Source of the DNA: Bryobacterales bacterium
Lineage (GTDB): Bacteria > Acidobacteriota > Terriglobia > Bryobacterales > UBA6623
DNA: 64,000 bases
Direction of reading: 5' to 3'
Assembly: GCA_965261065.1 (NCBI GenBank)
Contig: OZ253444.1
Location: 3,708,990-3,772,989, forward strand
In this document: one piece after another, positions 35,146 through 45,158 of the stretch
Layout of the letters: each line of letters starts with the position of its first letter
How positions within the stretch are numbered: the first letter of the stretch is position 1
Position numbers and translations under genes: made by a program
The notes under the pieces: generated by a model
What the model was told of the DNA's origin: nothing
Database searches by the model: none
The model's input: the letters and a program-made list of their open reading frames with translations, nothing else

Positions 35146-35955
35146 TTGGCCCACCGGGCCGATAATAGTGGCATGGCCGCATCGCGTCACCGGTTGGCTC
35201 TGAAGGTAACGGCGATCGCCGCCGCTTTCGCCGCGTCCCTCCTGCTCCCCGCCACAACCCTCGCGCAAGCCACCGACGCCGACCCCGAAGATCCCAAAAC
35301 AAAGGGTTGGCGCATCTTCACCGAAGCCCGCGAGGCGGCGGGCGCCGGCCCCGACGGGACGCCGCTCCGTGACTACACCTTCCAACTCCGCTCGACGGCC
35401 GTCACGCCCAAGGGCAAGGCCGAACGCCGCAGCAAGGGCTACTACCTGCATCCCCGCTTCGTGCGCCAGGAGATCGACGACCCGGTCGCCGGCGTGGTCG
35501 TCGTTATCTTCGACGGCAAGAAGCTCTGGCAGGTCGTGCCGGGCGACATCCGTTACATGCCGGCCGGCCTAGTCGACCGATACCGCAGCGAGCTCGACCG
35601 GTCCCACCTTCTCCTGCTGCCCCCGCCCCCCGAGGACACCATCTGGTTCCTGCGCCAAGAGGAAGTCGCCGGCCGCCTGGCCGACGTGATCGAGCTTCGC
35701 GACGTGGGCGGCCCTCCGGTGCGGCTGTTCGTCGACGTCGAGACGCGGGACGTGGTGAAGAAGATGTTCGTCGGCGACGTCCCTGACGGCGGCATGGCGC
35801 AAGTCGAGGAGTTCTACGCGAACTTCCAGGACGTCGGCGGGTACCGCTGGCCCTTCTACAAGAAGGTCGTCCGCAACGGCAAGACCGCGACCGAAAGCAT
35901 CACGCTCGACATGCAGGTCAACGTCGGCCTCACCGAGCGCAACATCCTACGCTAA
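35146..35955 (+). CDS. Secreted hypothetical protein
   Basis: 269-aa ORF. The likely start is ATG 35173 (MAASRHRLALKVTAIAAAFAASLLLPATTLAQA signal peptide). No family recognised. Confidence 0.6.
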   Translation: MAHRADNSGMAASRHRLALKVTAIAAAFAASLLLPATTLAQATDADPEDPKTKGWRIFTEAREAAGAGPDGTPLRDYTFQLRSTAVTPKGKAERRSKGYYLHPRFVRQEIDDPVAGVVVVIFDGKKLWQVVPGDIRYMPAGLVDRYRSELDRSHLLLLPPPPEDTIWFLRQEEVAGRLADVIELRDVGGPPVRLFVDVETRDVVKKMFVGDVPDGGMAQVEEFYANFQDVGGYRWPFYKKVVRNGKTATESITLDMQVNVGLTERNILR

Positions 35956-36143
35956 CGGTTGAATCTACCTGGACCTAGGTAACCCGGTGTAGGGGCGGAT
36001 CCCCGCGTCCGCCCGCTCGCCCACTCGACATGCAGGTCAACGTCGGCCTGACCGAGCGCAACATCCTACGCTAACGGTTGAATCTACGGGGACCTACGTA
36101 ACCCAGTGTAGGGGCGGATCCCCGCGTCCGCCCGCTCGCCCAC
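35905..36143 (+). repeat. 119-bp tandem duplication spanning the last 17 codons, the stop and 68 bp downstream of the preceding CDS
   Basis: Unit 1 (35905-36023) and unit 2 (36024-36143) differ at a handful of positions. Each contains the hairpin GGGCGGAtccccgcgTCCGCCC. Confidence 0.85.
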
Positions 36144-36229
36144 GATATCCCCGCCGTAATGATTCGGCTTCTCAGATTCGCAAACCGCGTACGACACGAC
36201 TCCCCTGCACACCCACCCGGCCCGGGTAT

Positions 36230-37596
36230 TAACCGGGCACATGGGTAACACATGATGCCAAGCACATAGGTAACACTTTGAGGCATAGAACATTTCTGGG
36301 AGGGAATGCTTTATGCCGTGGCAGGAGACCTGTGTGCGAGACGAGAGAACCCATTTTATCGTGGACTGGGAAAGAGACGAGGAGTCGATGGCCGAGCTGT
36401 GCCGGCGCTACTCGGTGAGCCGCAAGACCGGCTACAAATGGCTGCAGCGCTACCAGCAGCAGAGCTGGGAAGGTTTGCAGGACCACTCCCGGGCGCCGCA
36501 ACGCCATCCCGGTCAGACCGCGGCCGCGATCGAGCAAGAGATTCTCGCTCTGCGGGCGCAGCACAGTCGCTGGGGTGCGGTCACCTTGAGGGCGCGGCTG
36601 CAGCGAAGGCAGCCCGACGTGGCATGGCCGGCGGTGAGCACGATCGGAAATCTGCTGCGACGACACGGTCTGAGCGTGCCCCGACGACGCCGGCCCCGCG
36701 CCGCACCGACCCCGCTGCCGCTGACGCCAGGCAAGCAGCCCAACCAGGTTTGGTGCGCCGACTTCAAAGGCTGGTTTCGCACCCAAGACGGCCGGCGCTG
36801 CGATCCCTTAACGATCTCGGACGCGGCCAGCCGCTACCTGTTGCGGTGCCCGGCGGTGACGAAACCGAACGGGGACCATGTTCGGCCGTTGTTCGAGGCG
36901 ACGTTTCGAGAGTTTGGACTGCCGCGGGTGATGCGCACCGACAACGGGCCGCCGTTTGCGACCCTGGCGGTGCACGGGCTGGGGCGGCTGGCAGTGTGGT
37001 GGATCAAGTTGGGGATCTGTCCCGAGCGGATCGAGCCGGGACATCCGGAACAGAACGGGCGGCATGAGCGGATGCACCGTACGCTGAAGCAAGAGACCGC
37101 CGCGCCGCCAGCGGCGAATCTGCGAGCGCAGCAACGGGCGTTTGATGGCTTTCGCAGCGACTACAACGAGGAGCGACCGCACCAGGGACTGGAGTTGCGA
37201 ACCCCTGGTGAGTGTTATCACGGCGCGGCGCGGGCGTATCCGTCGCGGGTGGACAAGCCGGAGTATGCGGCGCCGATGCAGGTGCGGCGCGTGATGGATG
37301 GGCGGATTCGCTGGCGGCGTCAACGAGTGTTCGTCGGCAAGGGACTCAACGGGGAGCGGGTCGGGGTGGAGGAGATCGAGGAGGGCGTGTGGCGAGTGTG
37401 GTTTTCCTTTTATGAGTTGGGAGTATTCGAGGAACGAGAGCGGCGGTTGCGCCCGAGCAAGGGCCCAGCGGCGGGCCCTTCGTCCGGGGGTGGGACTTGA
37501 CTCTGGTCGCCCTCCGGGCTCCCTGCGTCAAGCCCCACCCCGGACGAAAAGTGTTACCTATGTGCTTGGCATAAAGTGTTACCCATGTCCCGGTCA
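36230..37596 (+). mobile_element. IS481-family insertion sequence (~1.37 kb)
   Basis: ~48-bp imperfect terminal inverted repeats (TAACCGGGCACATGGGTAACAC...AGGTAACACTT vs reverse complement TGACCGGGACATGGGTAACAC...AGGTAACACTT). TSD not resolved. Confidence 0.75.
36313..37500 (+). CDS. IS481-family transposase (HTH plus rve)
   Basis: 395-aa ORF. ELCRRYSVSRKTGYKWLQRY...DHSRAPQRHP, and a DDE core with MRTDNGPPF and HPEQNGRHERMHRTLK. Confidence 0.85.
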   Translation: MPWQETCVRDERTHFIVDWERDEESMAELCRRYSVSRKTGYKWLQRYQQQSWEGLQDHSRAPQRHPGQTAAAIEQEILALRAQHSRWGAVTLRARLQRRQPDVAWPAVSTIGNLLRRHGLSVPRRRRPRAAPTPLPLTPGKQPNQVWCADFKGWFRTQDGRRCDPLTISDAASRYLLRCPAVTKPNGDHVRPLFEATFREFGLPRVMRTDNGPPFATLAVHGLGRLAVWWIKLGICPERIEPGHPEQNGRHERMHRTLKQETAAPPAANLRAQQRAFDGFRSDYNEERPHQGLELRTPGECYHGAARAYPSRVDKPEYAAPMQVRRVMDGRIRWRRQRVFVGKGLNGERVGVEEIEEGVWRVWFSFYELGVFEERERRLRPSKGPAAGPSSGGGT

Positions 37597-38063
37597 GCAC
37601 ACCCGTAGGGGTGGACCGCTGCGGCCACCCATCAGCCGCCCGCCGGCAACGCCGCCCGACCCAACCGCCCGCGCTGGAACGGGCGCGCGGCATCAACCCC
37701 GCGAACTCTCACGGCACCCACCACGCCCTGGCCTAGCCGCGAAGCGGCGACCGGATGTGAGCCTGGGGTGACGCCGCCAGGCGGAACCCCAGGTAGCGAA
37801 CCTCTTGTGTCGAGAGCCCTGACAGGGCGATCCAAAAGCCTCGGCGGACCGAGCCGTGGTCGGTTCAATAGCTCTCCGTATCGCCCCGAACGAGTGTCGC
37901 CACCGCCGGCGCATGACTCGGGGGCCCTGGGGGCCCTCCCGAACTCTCGTTTTCACGAAATCCCGTGGGACGATCTGGCACTCCGCCGAGCGCGACGTAG
38001 CTCCTCTTCTTCCTCCGATTCCAGGGTAACAAGCGGGTGGAAGGGGTTTGACCCACGTCGAGC

Positions 38064-38111
38064 GGTAAGTGATTGAAAGGAAAGGGAATAAATACTTGAA
38101 AGATTCGTGAC
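38064..38111 (+). repeat. Terminal fragment of an E-module (E-c), inverted relative to copies a and b
   Basis: GGTAAGTGATTGAAAGGAAAGGGAATAAATACTTGAAAGATTCGTGAC resembles the reverse complement of the GTCACAGA... ends at 24858 and 41535. Weaker similarity extends back to ~38000. Confidence 0.45.
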
Positions 38112-38472
38112 TCAAATTGCGGTTCGTGGTGCGATGGCGAGACGGAGTCCCAGGGGAGGTGCCACGGATCATGGCAGTGCCCCGGAGCCCCGGAGCCGGG
38201 CGGAGACCGGATGGACTGGACCCCTACGGCGAGGCCAAGAAATTAGGGACGGGTTGCAGTTGACTGAAAAAGCATAGCGAATCCAGCCCAATGGGGGCAT
38301 GATCAAGTTAGCCGGGGAAGCGGAGGCGGGCTCTGCTGGAGAGCAACCCGCCAAGGAATACCCGGCCGCAGACTCATCGAAACGATGAGGGCGGGGTGTG
38401 CGCCTACTCAGGCCGCATCCCGCCTTGTGCTGCGCCATCGGATCGATAGATCTGCTCATGCCTTACGAAAAC

Positions 38473-39294
38473 TCAGGCGGCGTCAGCCGCCTCTTCCCAC
38501 AGCCGCTCATACTCTTGCGGCGGCCGGTAGCCCAGCGACGAATGCAATCGTGTGCGATTGTATTCCTGCTCAATATAAGCCCCGATCGCGGCCTGCGCCT
38601 GGGCCAAACTTTCATACTCGTTGCAGTTGACTTCCTCGCTTTTCAAAGTCTTGAAAAAGCTTTCCACGTACGCGTTGTCCTGCGGGCAGCCTTTGCGGCT
38701 CATCGATATCCTCGCGCCCGCTTGCCGCAGTGTGGCCACATAAGCTTCCGCAGCGTACTGCGAACCTTGATCGGAATGATGAATCCAACCCGGCGCCGGA
38801 CGCCGGCTGCTCAACGCTTGGTGCAGCGCCGCCAGCGGCAATTCGGTTTTCAGGTTCGGACCCACGGCCCAACCCACCACGCGCCGCGAATACACGTCCA
38901 ACACCACCGCCACATAGACGAAGTGGTTTCCCAATCGCACGTAGCTGAGATCCGAGCCCCACAGCTTGTTGGGGCCCGTGGGTTGGACCTCGCGCGTCAG
39001 GTTCTCGTAACACCGCAACGAGTGCTTCGAATCGGTCGTTTGCGGAACGGTGCGGCGACGTCGCCGCAAGAGATTCTCTTCGCGCATCACCCGCTGCACG
39101 CGCTTGCGATTGACCAGTAGCTTTTGACGGCGCACCTGTTGGGTCGTCCGCCGGGTGCCGTAGGCCGGATGGTCCAAGGCGGCCTGGACAATGGCCTGCC
39201 GCAGTTCCCCGACCGGCTCGCGGTCGGGTTTGCCCTGGCGGTAGAGGCTGGCTCGCGCCAGCCCGCTCAAGCGGCACAAATCGCGTGCGCTCAT
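38473..39294 (-). CDS. IS3-family OrfB (rve integrase core)
   Basis: 273 aa. WGSDLSYV, HHSDQGSQY and DNAYVESFFKTLKSE form the DDE context. ATGA overlap with orfA. Confidence 0.88.
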   Translation of the reverse strand: MSARDLCRLSGLARASLYRQGKPDREPVGELRQAIVQAALDHPAYGTRRTTQQVRRQKLLVNRKRVQRVMREENLLRRRRRTVPQTTDSKHSLRCYENLTREVQPTGPNKLWGSDLSYVRLGNHFVYVAVVLDVYSRRVVGWAVGPNLKTELPLAALHQALSSRRPAPGWIHHSDQGSQYAAEAYVATLRQAGARISMSRKGCPQDNAYVESFFKTLKSEEVNCNEYESLAQAQAAIGAYIEQEYNRTRLHSSLGYRPPQEYERLWEEAADAA

Positions 39295-39677
39295 GTTGCC
39301 TTGCCGTCTTGCGGCTCGTACTTCGTTAGCGACGCGCCGGTTCCACTGACGATGCTCGGCCGGCGCAGATCCTCGACACGCCGCAAGGCTGCGGACAAAA
39401 AATCAATCTCCATGGCCTGGCGGCCGACTTTGCGTTCCAGCTCCGCGAGACGGGCCTGGGCTTCGCGGCCGGGCTCGACGCGGGCGCTGCCGCCCGGACG
39501 CCGTCCAGCGCCGGGAAAAGCTCCCTCGACGCCGTAGCGCTCGACTTGTGCCAGCCAGTCGTAGAGCTTTTCGCGCTTCACCTCGAGCTCGCGTGCTAGA
39601 GCCGAGCCCGACTCGCCGGCTTCGAGCCGCCGGACGGCCGCCAGCTTGAACTCCTTCGTGAATCGTCTTCGAGACAA
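39291..39677 (-). CDS. IS3-family OrfA (HTH), separated from its RBS by the IS1380 insertion
   Basis: LSRRRFTKEFKLAAVRRLEAGES... with a TTG start at 39677-39675. The IS1380 TSD abuts the start codon. Confidence 0.7.
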   Translation of the reverse strand: MSRRRFTKEFKLAAVRRLEAGESGSALARELEVKREKLYDWLAQVERYGVEGAFPGAGRRPGGSARVEPGREAQARLAELERKVGRQAMEIDFLSAALRRVEDLRRPSIVSGTGASLTKYEPQDGKAT

Positions 39678-39682
39678 TTGAA

Positions 39683-41347
39683 CCCGCATTTTCAATTTGA
39701 TGTTTGACATCCCGACCTTCCAGCGGCCTTGAGCGTCTTTATTCATAGGGGCTAGAGACCGATGAGGACGCCATGGAGGCCAACACCCAATGGGTGAAAA
39801 ACAAACCAAGCCATTCCAGCTAAGTTTCAATGGACTTCTCAAAGTCGATTTCCAGGGATCGCACGTCACTTCCGACGGTGGCCTGATTTTGGTTCGCGAA
39901 CTGGACGAACGGCTCGGTCTCGGAGAACTGATTGACGAGCATCTCAGCGACTCCCGGCAAGGCACAAACAAGCAGTTCACGCTCGCTGATCTGTTGCGGC
40001 AGTCGGTTTACAGCCGACTCGCCGGCTACGAGGACCTCAACGACGCCGAGCGGGTTTCGATCGATCCGACGTTTCGGCTGATCGGTTCGCAGAAGATCTG
40101 GGATCGCGGTGCGGCCTTGACCTCGACGCTGCACGGCTTCGAGACGGAGATGCTGGCGAGCGAAGAGAACCTGCTGGGGCTGATGGCGCTGAACCGAGAG
40201 CTGGTCGGGCAAGCGGAAGCGTTCGACGACGCCGAGCGGGTCGTTCTGGACCTGGACTCCACCGAGAGTCCGGTCCATGGCCAACAGGAAGGCAGTGCCT
40301 ACAACGGACACTTCGAGTCGGTCTGCTACCACCCGTTGCTTTTGTTCAACGGTCATGGTGATTGCCTCGCTGCCAAGCTGCGTCCAGGCAACGTGCACAG
40401 CGCCGAGGACTGGGATGAGCTCTTGTTGCCGGAGATCGAGCGCCAACAGGCTGCGGGCAAGCAGGTCGCCTTCCGGGGCGATGCGGCCTTTGCGAAGCCG
40501 GAAGTTTATGAGGCTTCGGAGGAACGCGGAGTACAGTACGCCATTCGCATTCCGGCCAACAAGAGCTTGGAGCTGGAGATCGAAGACATCCTGTTTCGCC
40601 CGCCGGGAAGGCCTTCCCGCAAGCCCTTGGTGCGCTACAAGAGTTTTCGCTATCAGGCGGAGAGTTGGTCGCAGGCGAGGCGGATCGTCGCTAAGGTCGA
40701 GCATCACCAGGGCGAGCTGTTCCCGCGCGTCGGATTCATCGTGACGAGCATGAGCTTGCCGAGCCGCTCGGTGGTGCGCTTCTACAACAAGCGCGGCACG
40801 GCGGAACAGTGGATCAAGGAAGGCAAGCAGGCGACGCACTGGACGCGATTGTCGTGCCATCGATTTCGGGCCAACGAAGTGCGGTTGCAACTGAGCGTGC
40901 TGGCCTACAACCTGGGCAATCTTTGGCGGCGGCTGGGGCTTCCGCAGCGAATCAAGAGTTGGTCGCTGACGAGCTTGCAACACAGGTTGATGAAGACCGG
41001 CGGTCGGCTGGTCAAGCACGCGCGGTATTACTGGCTCTTATTGGCGGAGGGACATCTGAACCGGCGGCTGTTCGGCGACATGCTGCACAAGATCTGGGCG
41101 CTGCCGCTGCCGAGTGGGTAGCATTGCCGGAGTGAGGATCAACAGCTTTTGGCTCCAAAAGGTTTCGCAAGGAGCAGTGTCGGCCGGAGCGCCGTTCAAG
41201 CCGCTCAATCAACGACTGTGAGCGGTCGAACCAGCTCTGGCGACTACCAGCAGAGGTGATGTGCAGGGTTCAGCGTGAAAGGACGTGCTGTTCGGAGCGG
41301 AGCGGGTGTATACTGTGGCCGTGCCAGGGCCAAAATGGAAATCCTGG
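39683..41347 (+). mobile_element. IS1380-family insertion sequence, copy 1 (1665 bp), nested in IS3 copy 1
   Basis: Ends CCCGCATTTTCAATTTGATG and ...GCCAAAATGGAAATCCTGG. 5-bp TSD TTGAA at 39678-39682 and 41348-41352. Confidence 0.9.
39790..41121 (+). CDS. IS1380-family DDE transposase
   Basis: 443-aa ORF. VTSDGGLILVRELDERLGL...RLAGYEDLNDAE is the family-typical N-terminus. Confidence 0.88.
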   Translation: MGEKQTKPFQLSFNGLLKVDFQGSHVTSDGGLILVRELDERLGLGELIDEHLSDSRQGTNKQFTLADLLRQSVYSRLAGYEDLNDAERVSIDPTFRLIGSQKIWDRGAALTSTLHGFETEMLASEENLLGLMALNRELVGQAEAFDDAERVVLDLDSTESPVHGQQEGSAYNGHFESVCYHPLLLFNGHGDCLAAKLRPGNVHSAEDWDELLLPEIERQQAAGKQVAFRGDAAFAKPEVYEASEERGVQYAIRIPANKSLELEIEDILFRPPGRPSRKPLVRYKSFRYQAESWSQARRIVAKVEHHQGELFPRVGFIVTSMSLPSRSVVRFYNKRGTAEQWIKEGKQATHWTRLSCHRFRANEVRLQLSVLAYNLGNLWRRLGLPQRIKSWSLTSLQHRLMKTGGRLVKHARYYWLLLAEGHLNRRLFGDMLHKIWALPLPSG

Positions 41348-41416
41348 TTGAACCTCCTTCCCGTTCCCTGGTTCATTGTCCCTTCTTTCCTGGTCTCGCT
41401 TTTCGGGTCCATTCCA

Positions 41417-41463
41417 GTTCGGGGCGGTTCGGGACGTCGGTTCGGGGACAAAGCCCGAACTCA
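41417..41463 (+). repeat. R-family repeat R2 (half of an array split by IS3)
   Basis: gttcggggcggttcgggacgtcggttcggggacaaagcccgaactc. Confidence 0.7.
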
Positions 41464-41534
41464 ATGGAGAAGTCGTGGACAGGCTGCTGCTTTTGCCGCT
41501 GAGTCGAACGGCCCTTCCGGCCAAGCCTAGACCG

Positions 41535-41828
41535 TGCTCCCATCTGCCGGTCACAGACTTTCAAAAACAATTTCCTCCATCCTTTCAACTACTTACGTAG
41601 CCAGCCATCCCGCCGCCCGACCATCGGCCCTTACACTAGAAGCGAGGAAAGCTTACGGGCGATCATCGCCCAACAGGCACACAAGTGCAACACCACATTC
41701 CCAATCCAAGTCGCCCATCCGCACCGGTGCCGTACGAGGTGACCCATGGGTGAGGAATATAAAGAATCTTTAGAATCAATCCCAAAACCGCGCCAAATCC
41801 TGCCAGATCCTGCCAAATCCTGCCAGCT
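41535..41828 (-). repeat. E-module copy b
   Basis: See 24858-25147. The terminus carries TGGCAGGATTTGGCAGGATC and TGGCAGGATTTGGCGCGGTT direct repeats, then the AT-rich GATTGATTCTAAAGATTCTTTATATTCC. Confidence 0.7.
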
Positions 41829-42307
41829 CCAGCCGGGTCAACGAGCTCTCCGTGGCGTCCACCGGCAAGGAAGGGATTGGGTATGATTTCTTGGCCTCAG
41901 CAGCCCATGTGATTCGGGGCCTGGTCCGGCGTCTTCGAACACCGGTCCAGGCCCCGAATCAATAGGGGGTGTAGTGGGCGACGGGTCCCCGGGTTGGCAC
42001 CCGGGGCTAGCATTAAGGTGCCGCTGCGCGGCTTGGTATCCCGGACACGCAATCAATAGGGGTTCGCTGGGCGGTCGCTCCCCAGGTATTGACCGGGAAC
42101 ATGGATGCGCGGCTTCTCTTTCGCACAAAAACCGAGAGCAACTGGGCCCGCACGCGGGCGGGCGCAGGGGCCCGCCCCTACGCTATAGACTGAGCCGACC
42201 GGCCTACAAGCGCTTGCGCTTCGAGCGGCAGCCGCCCTGGTTCGGGGTTGGATACAATTCGGAGACAGTGGCGCGGGGGTCAGGCGTCCGCCGGCGGAGG
42301 GTACAGC

Positions 42308-43240
42308 ATGGGTGAGTCGAAGGGCGTTGCATACCAAAACGGGAACTACCTGCCGGTCGGGGAAGCGACCATTCCGATCCTCGACCCGGCGTTCACCAAG
42401 AGCGACGTCGTGTTCGACGTCGTCACCGTCTGGGACCGCAGCTTCTTCCGCCTCGACGATCACCTCACGCGCTTCCGCGCGTCGTGCGAGTACGTCCGCA
42501 TGACGCCGCCGTGTTCAGAGGACGAGATCAAGCACATCCTGGCACAGTGCGTCGAGCACGCCGGCTTCTCGGCGGCGATGGTCTACATGCTGTGCACGCG
42601 CGGACGCTACGGCGGCGGCATCGCTTTCGGCGACCCGCGCACCTGCGTGAATGGGTTCATGGCCTATTCGGTCCCCTATTACTGGGTCGTGCCGAAGGAC
42701 CGCATGGAGACCGGCGCGCATCTGTGGATCACCGAGACGCGCCGCGCGCCCGATGCCGCCATAAACCAGCGCGTCAAGAACTTCAACCGCATGGACCTGA
42801 CCCGCGCCCAGTTCGAGGCCTTCGACGCCGGCGCCGACGCGCCCGTGCTGCTCTCCACGGGCGGCTACCTCACCGAGGGGCCCGGCTTCAACGTGTGGAT
42901 CATCCGCAACGGCAAAGCGCTCACGCCGGGTGCCAACCTGCTCGAAGGCATCACGCGCCTCACCACGTTCGACCTCTGCCGGCAGATCGACCTCGACGCC
43001 GAAACCGCCGACCTCACGTTCGAAGATCTGGCCGGCGCGGACGAGGCGTTCCTGTCGTCATCCGGCGGCGGCCTCATCCCGATCACGCGCGTCAACGGCC
43101 GCACCATCGGCAACGGCAAGCCCGGGCCCACGTCGCGGCGGCTCGGCGACCTCTATTGGGAGAAGCGCGCCCAAGGCTGGCACGCTACCCCCATGGCCGA
43201 GTTGCTGGCCTTGCCGGAAGCCGCCGTCGTTTCCGGCTAG
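42308..43240 (+). CDS. Class IV (branched-chain/D-amino-acid) aminotransferase
   Basis: MGESKGVAYQNGNYLPVGEATIPILDPAFTKSDVVFD... and later GGYLTEGPGFNVW and LEGITR motifs. The ATG at 42308 is preferred over the longer ORF. Confidence 0.8.
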   Translation: MGESKGVAYQNGNYLPVGEATIPILDPAFTKSDVVFDVVTVWDRSFFRLDDHLTRFRASCEYVRMTPPCSEDEIKHILAQCVEHAGFSAAMVYMLCTRGRYGGGIAFGDPRTCVNGFMAYSVPYYWVVPKDRMETGAHLWITETRRAPDAAINQRVKNFNRMDLTRAQFEAFDAGADAPVLLSTGGYLTEGPGFNVWIIRNGKALTPGANLLEGITRLTTFDLCRQIDLDAETADLTFEDLAGADEAFLSSSGGGLIPITRVNGRTIGNGKPGPTSRRLGDLYWEKRAQGWHATPMAELLALPEAAVVSG

Positions 43241-43432
43241 ACCGTTCAGGGTAAACTGCTGCACTGCGGGCAACGAGGATTTGTTCTCGTTAGGTGGCGG
43301 TTTTACATCCAACAAAGTAGGGGCACGGCATGCGGTGCCCGGCGCCGTCGCGAACGGATGACTTGACCCGAACACGGGCACAGCATGCTGTGCCCCTACC
43401 TTTCGGTTCAGCAGAGGTAGAATCGCTCGCAG

Positions 43433-44386
<954 letters not shown>

Positions 44387-44392
44387 GCGGCC

Positions 44393-44827
44393 TTAGATCT
44401 GCCAGTTGACGGCGCGACGCGAGTGTTTCTCCTGCCGGCGGCGCACGAGGTCGGCGAACGTGGTTCCGTCGAGGACGCCTGAGAGCGCCTCATCGGCTCG
44501 CTGCCACAAGTCGGTGAAGGGCGAGTCGGCTGGGTGGCCGGCCTCGTCCTTGCGCTCGGCGGTGGAGAACGGGCCCTCGATATGGCGTAGCACGTCGCCG
44601 ACCGTAATGGCGTCGGCGGCACGGGCGAGGTAGTATCCGCCGCTGGCGCCGCGCCGCGAGCCCAGGAAGCCGCCTTGCTTGAGCTGCGAGAGGATCAGCT
44701 CCAGGAACTTCTGTGGGATCGACTGCCGCGAGGCGATCTCGGCGATCTTCACCGGCTCGGCGCTCGAGCGTGAACACAGCTCGAACACCGCCCGCAGCGC
44801 GTAATTCCCTTTGACCGAGACGTTCAT
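44393..44827 (-). CDS. Rrf2-family transcriptional regulator
   Basis: 144-aa ORF. VKGNYALRAVFEL...IAEIASRQSIPQKFLELILSQLKQGGFLGSRRGASGGYYLA. Confidence 0.9.
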   Translation of the reverse strand: MNVSVKGNYALRAVFELCSRSSAEPVKIAEIASRQSIPQKFLELILSQLKQGGFLGSRRGASGGYYLARAADAITVGDVLRHIEGPFSTAERKDEAGHPADSPFTDLWQRADEALSGVLDGTTFADLVRRRQEKHSRRAVNWQI

Positions 44828-44830
44828 CTG

Positions 44831-44855
44831 AATCTCTATTAAACCACTAGAGATT
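44831..44855. promoter_or_regulatory. Candidate Rrf2 operator (25-bp palindrome)
   Basis: AATCTCTAttaaaccacTAGAGATT lies 4 nt upstream of the Rrf2 start codon in an AT-rich patch. Confidence 0.3.
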
Positions 44856-44876
44856 AGGGCACTGCCGAGCCCGGCG

Positions 44877-45158
44877 TCAATCGGCGGGGCCGCGATTGGT
44901 GAATCGTGGATCGTGATTCGTGATTCGTGATTCGTGATCCGCCGACGGGGAGGCGGGGTCGGGTGGCGGGCGATCTGGCCGGTGCACGACGGGTTTGCCG
45001 ATTTCGGCCAAGTCGTTCTCGTCTAACGCATCTTTCGGCCCCCAGACCTCTACGTAGTGCCCGCGGTCCCAGAGGATGACGGCGGTGATCCGCGGCGGGC
45101 AGGCGATGCGCTCGGCACGTTGCACGCGGCGGAGAAGGGTGAGGTGTCGGTCTCTCAT
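44877..45158 (-). CDS. Small hypothetical protein, translationally coupled to the upstream HTH gene
   Basis: 93-aa ORF whose ATG overlaps the upstream TGA (ATGA at 45155-45158). The C-terminal 14 codons are encoded by a heptanucleotide tandem repeat. Confidence 0.4.
   Translation of the reverse strand: MRDRHLTLLRRVQRAERIACPPRITAVILWDRGHYVEVWGPKDALDENDLAEIGKPVVHRPDRPPPDPASPSADHESRITNHDPRFTNRGPAD

Larger units (their letters stand above)
38212..41416 (-). mobile_element. IS3-family insertion sequence, copy 1 (1535 bp), carrying a nested IS1380
   Basis: Ends TGGACTGGACCCC (38212) and reverse complement TGGAATGGACCCG (41416). Length is 3205 bp, minus 1665 bp of IS1380 and a 5-bp TSD, giving 1535 bp, identical in length to copy 2. 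Flanking triplets in IS orientation are AAC (left) and TCC (right). Confidence 0.88.

Noticed and set aside
36203-36218. GCACACCC occurs on both sides of the IS481 (36207 and 37597); I considered it the TSD.
   Set aside because: The left copy lies 15 nt outside where the long inverted repeat begins, so it does not abut the element. The TSD remains unresolved.
37693-38172. ORFs in the 600-bp gap between the IS481 and IS3 copy 1.
   Set aside because: The translations are low in complexity, and the region is made of repeat fragments (a REP variant, E-c and the R3 remainder). No coding signal is seen.
42081-42104. CCCAGGTATTGACCGGGAACATGG resembles the IS481 left terminus (CCCGGGTATTAACCGGGCACATGG at 36221-36244).
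   Set aside because: Only ~24 nt match, with several mismatches and no partner end or ORF. It may be a solo-IR relic, but this is too short to call.
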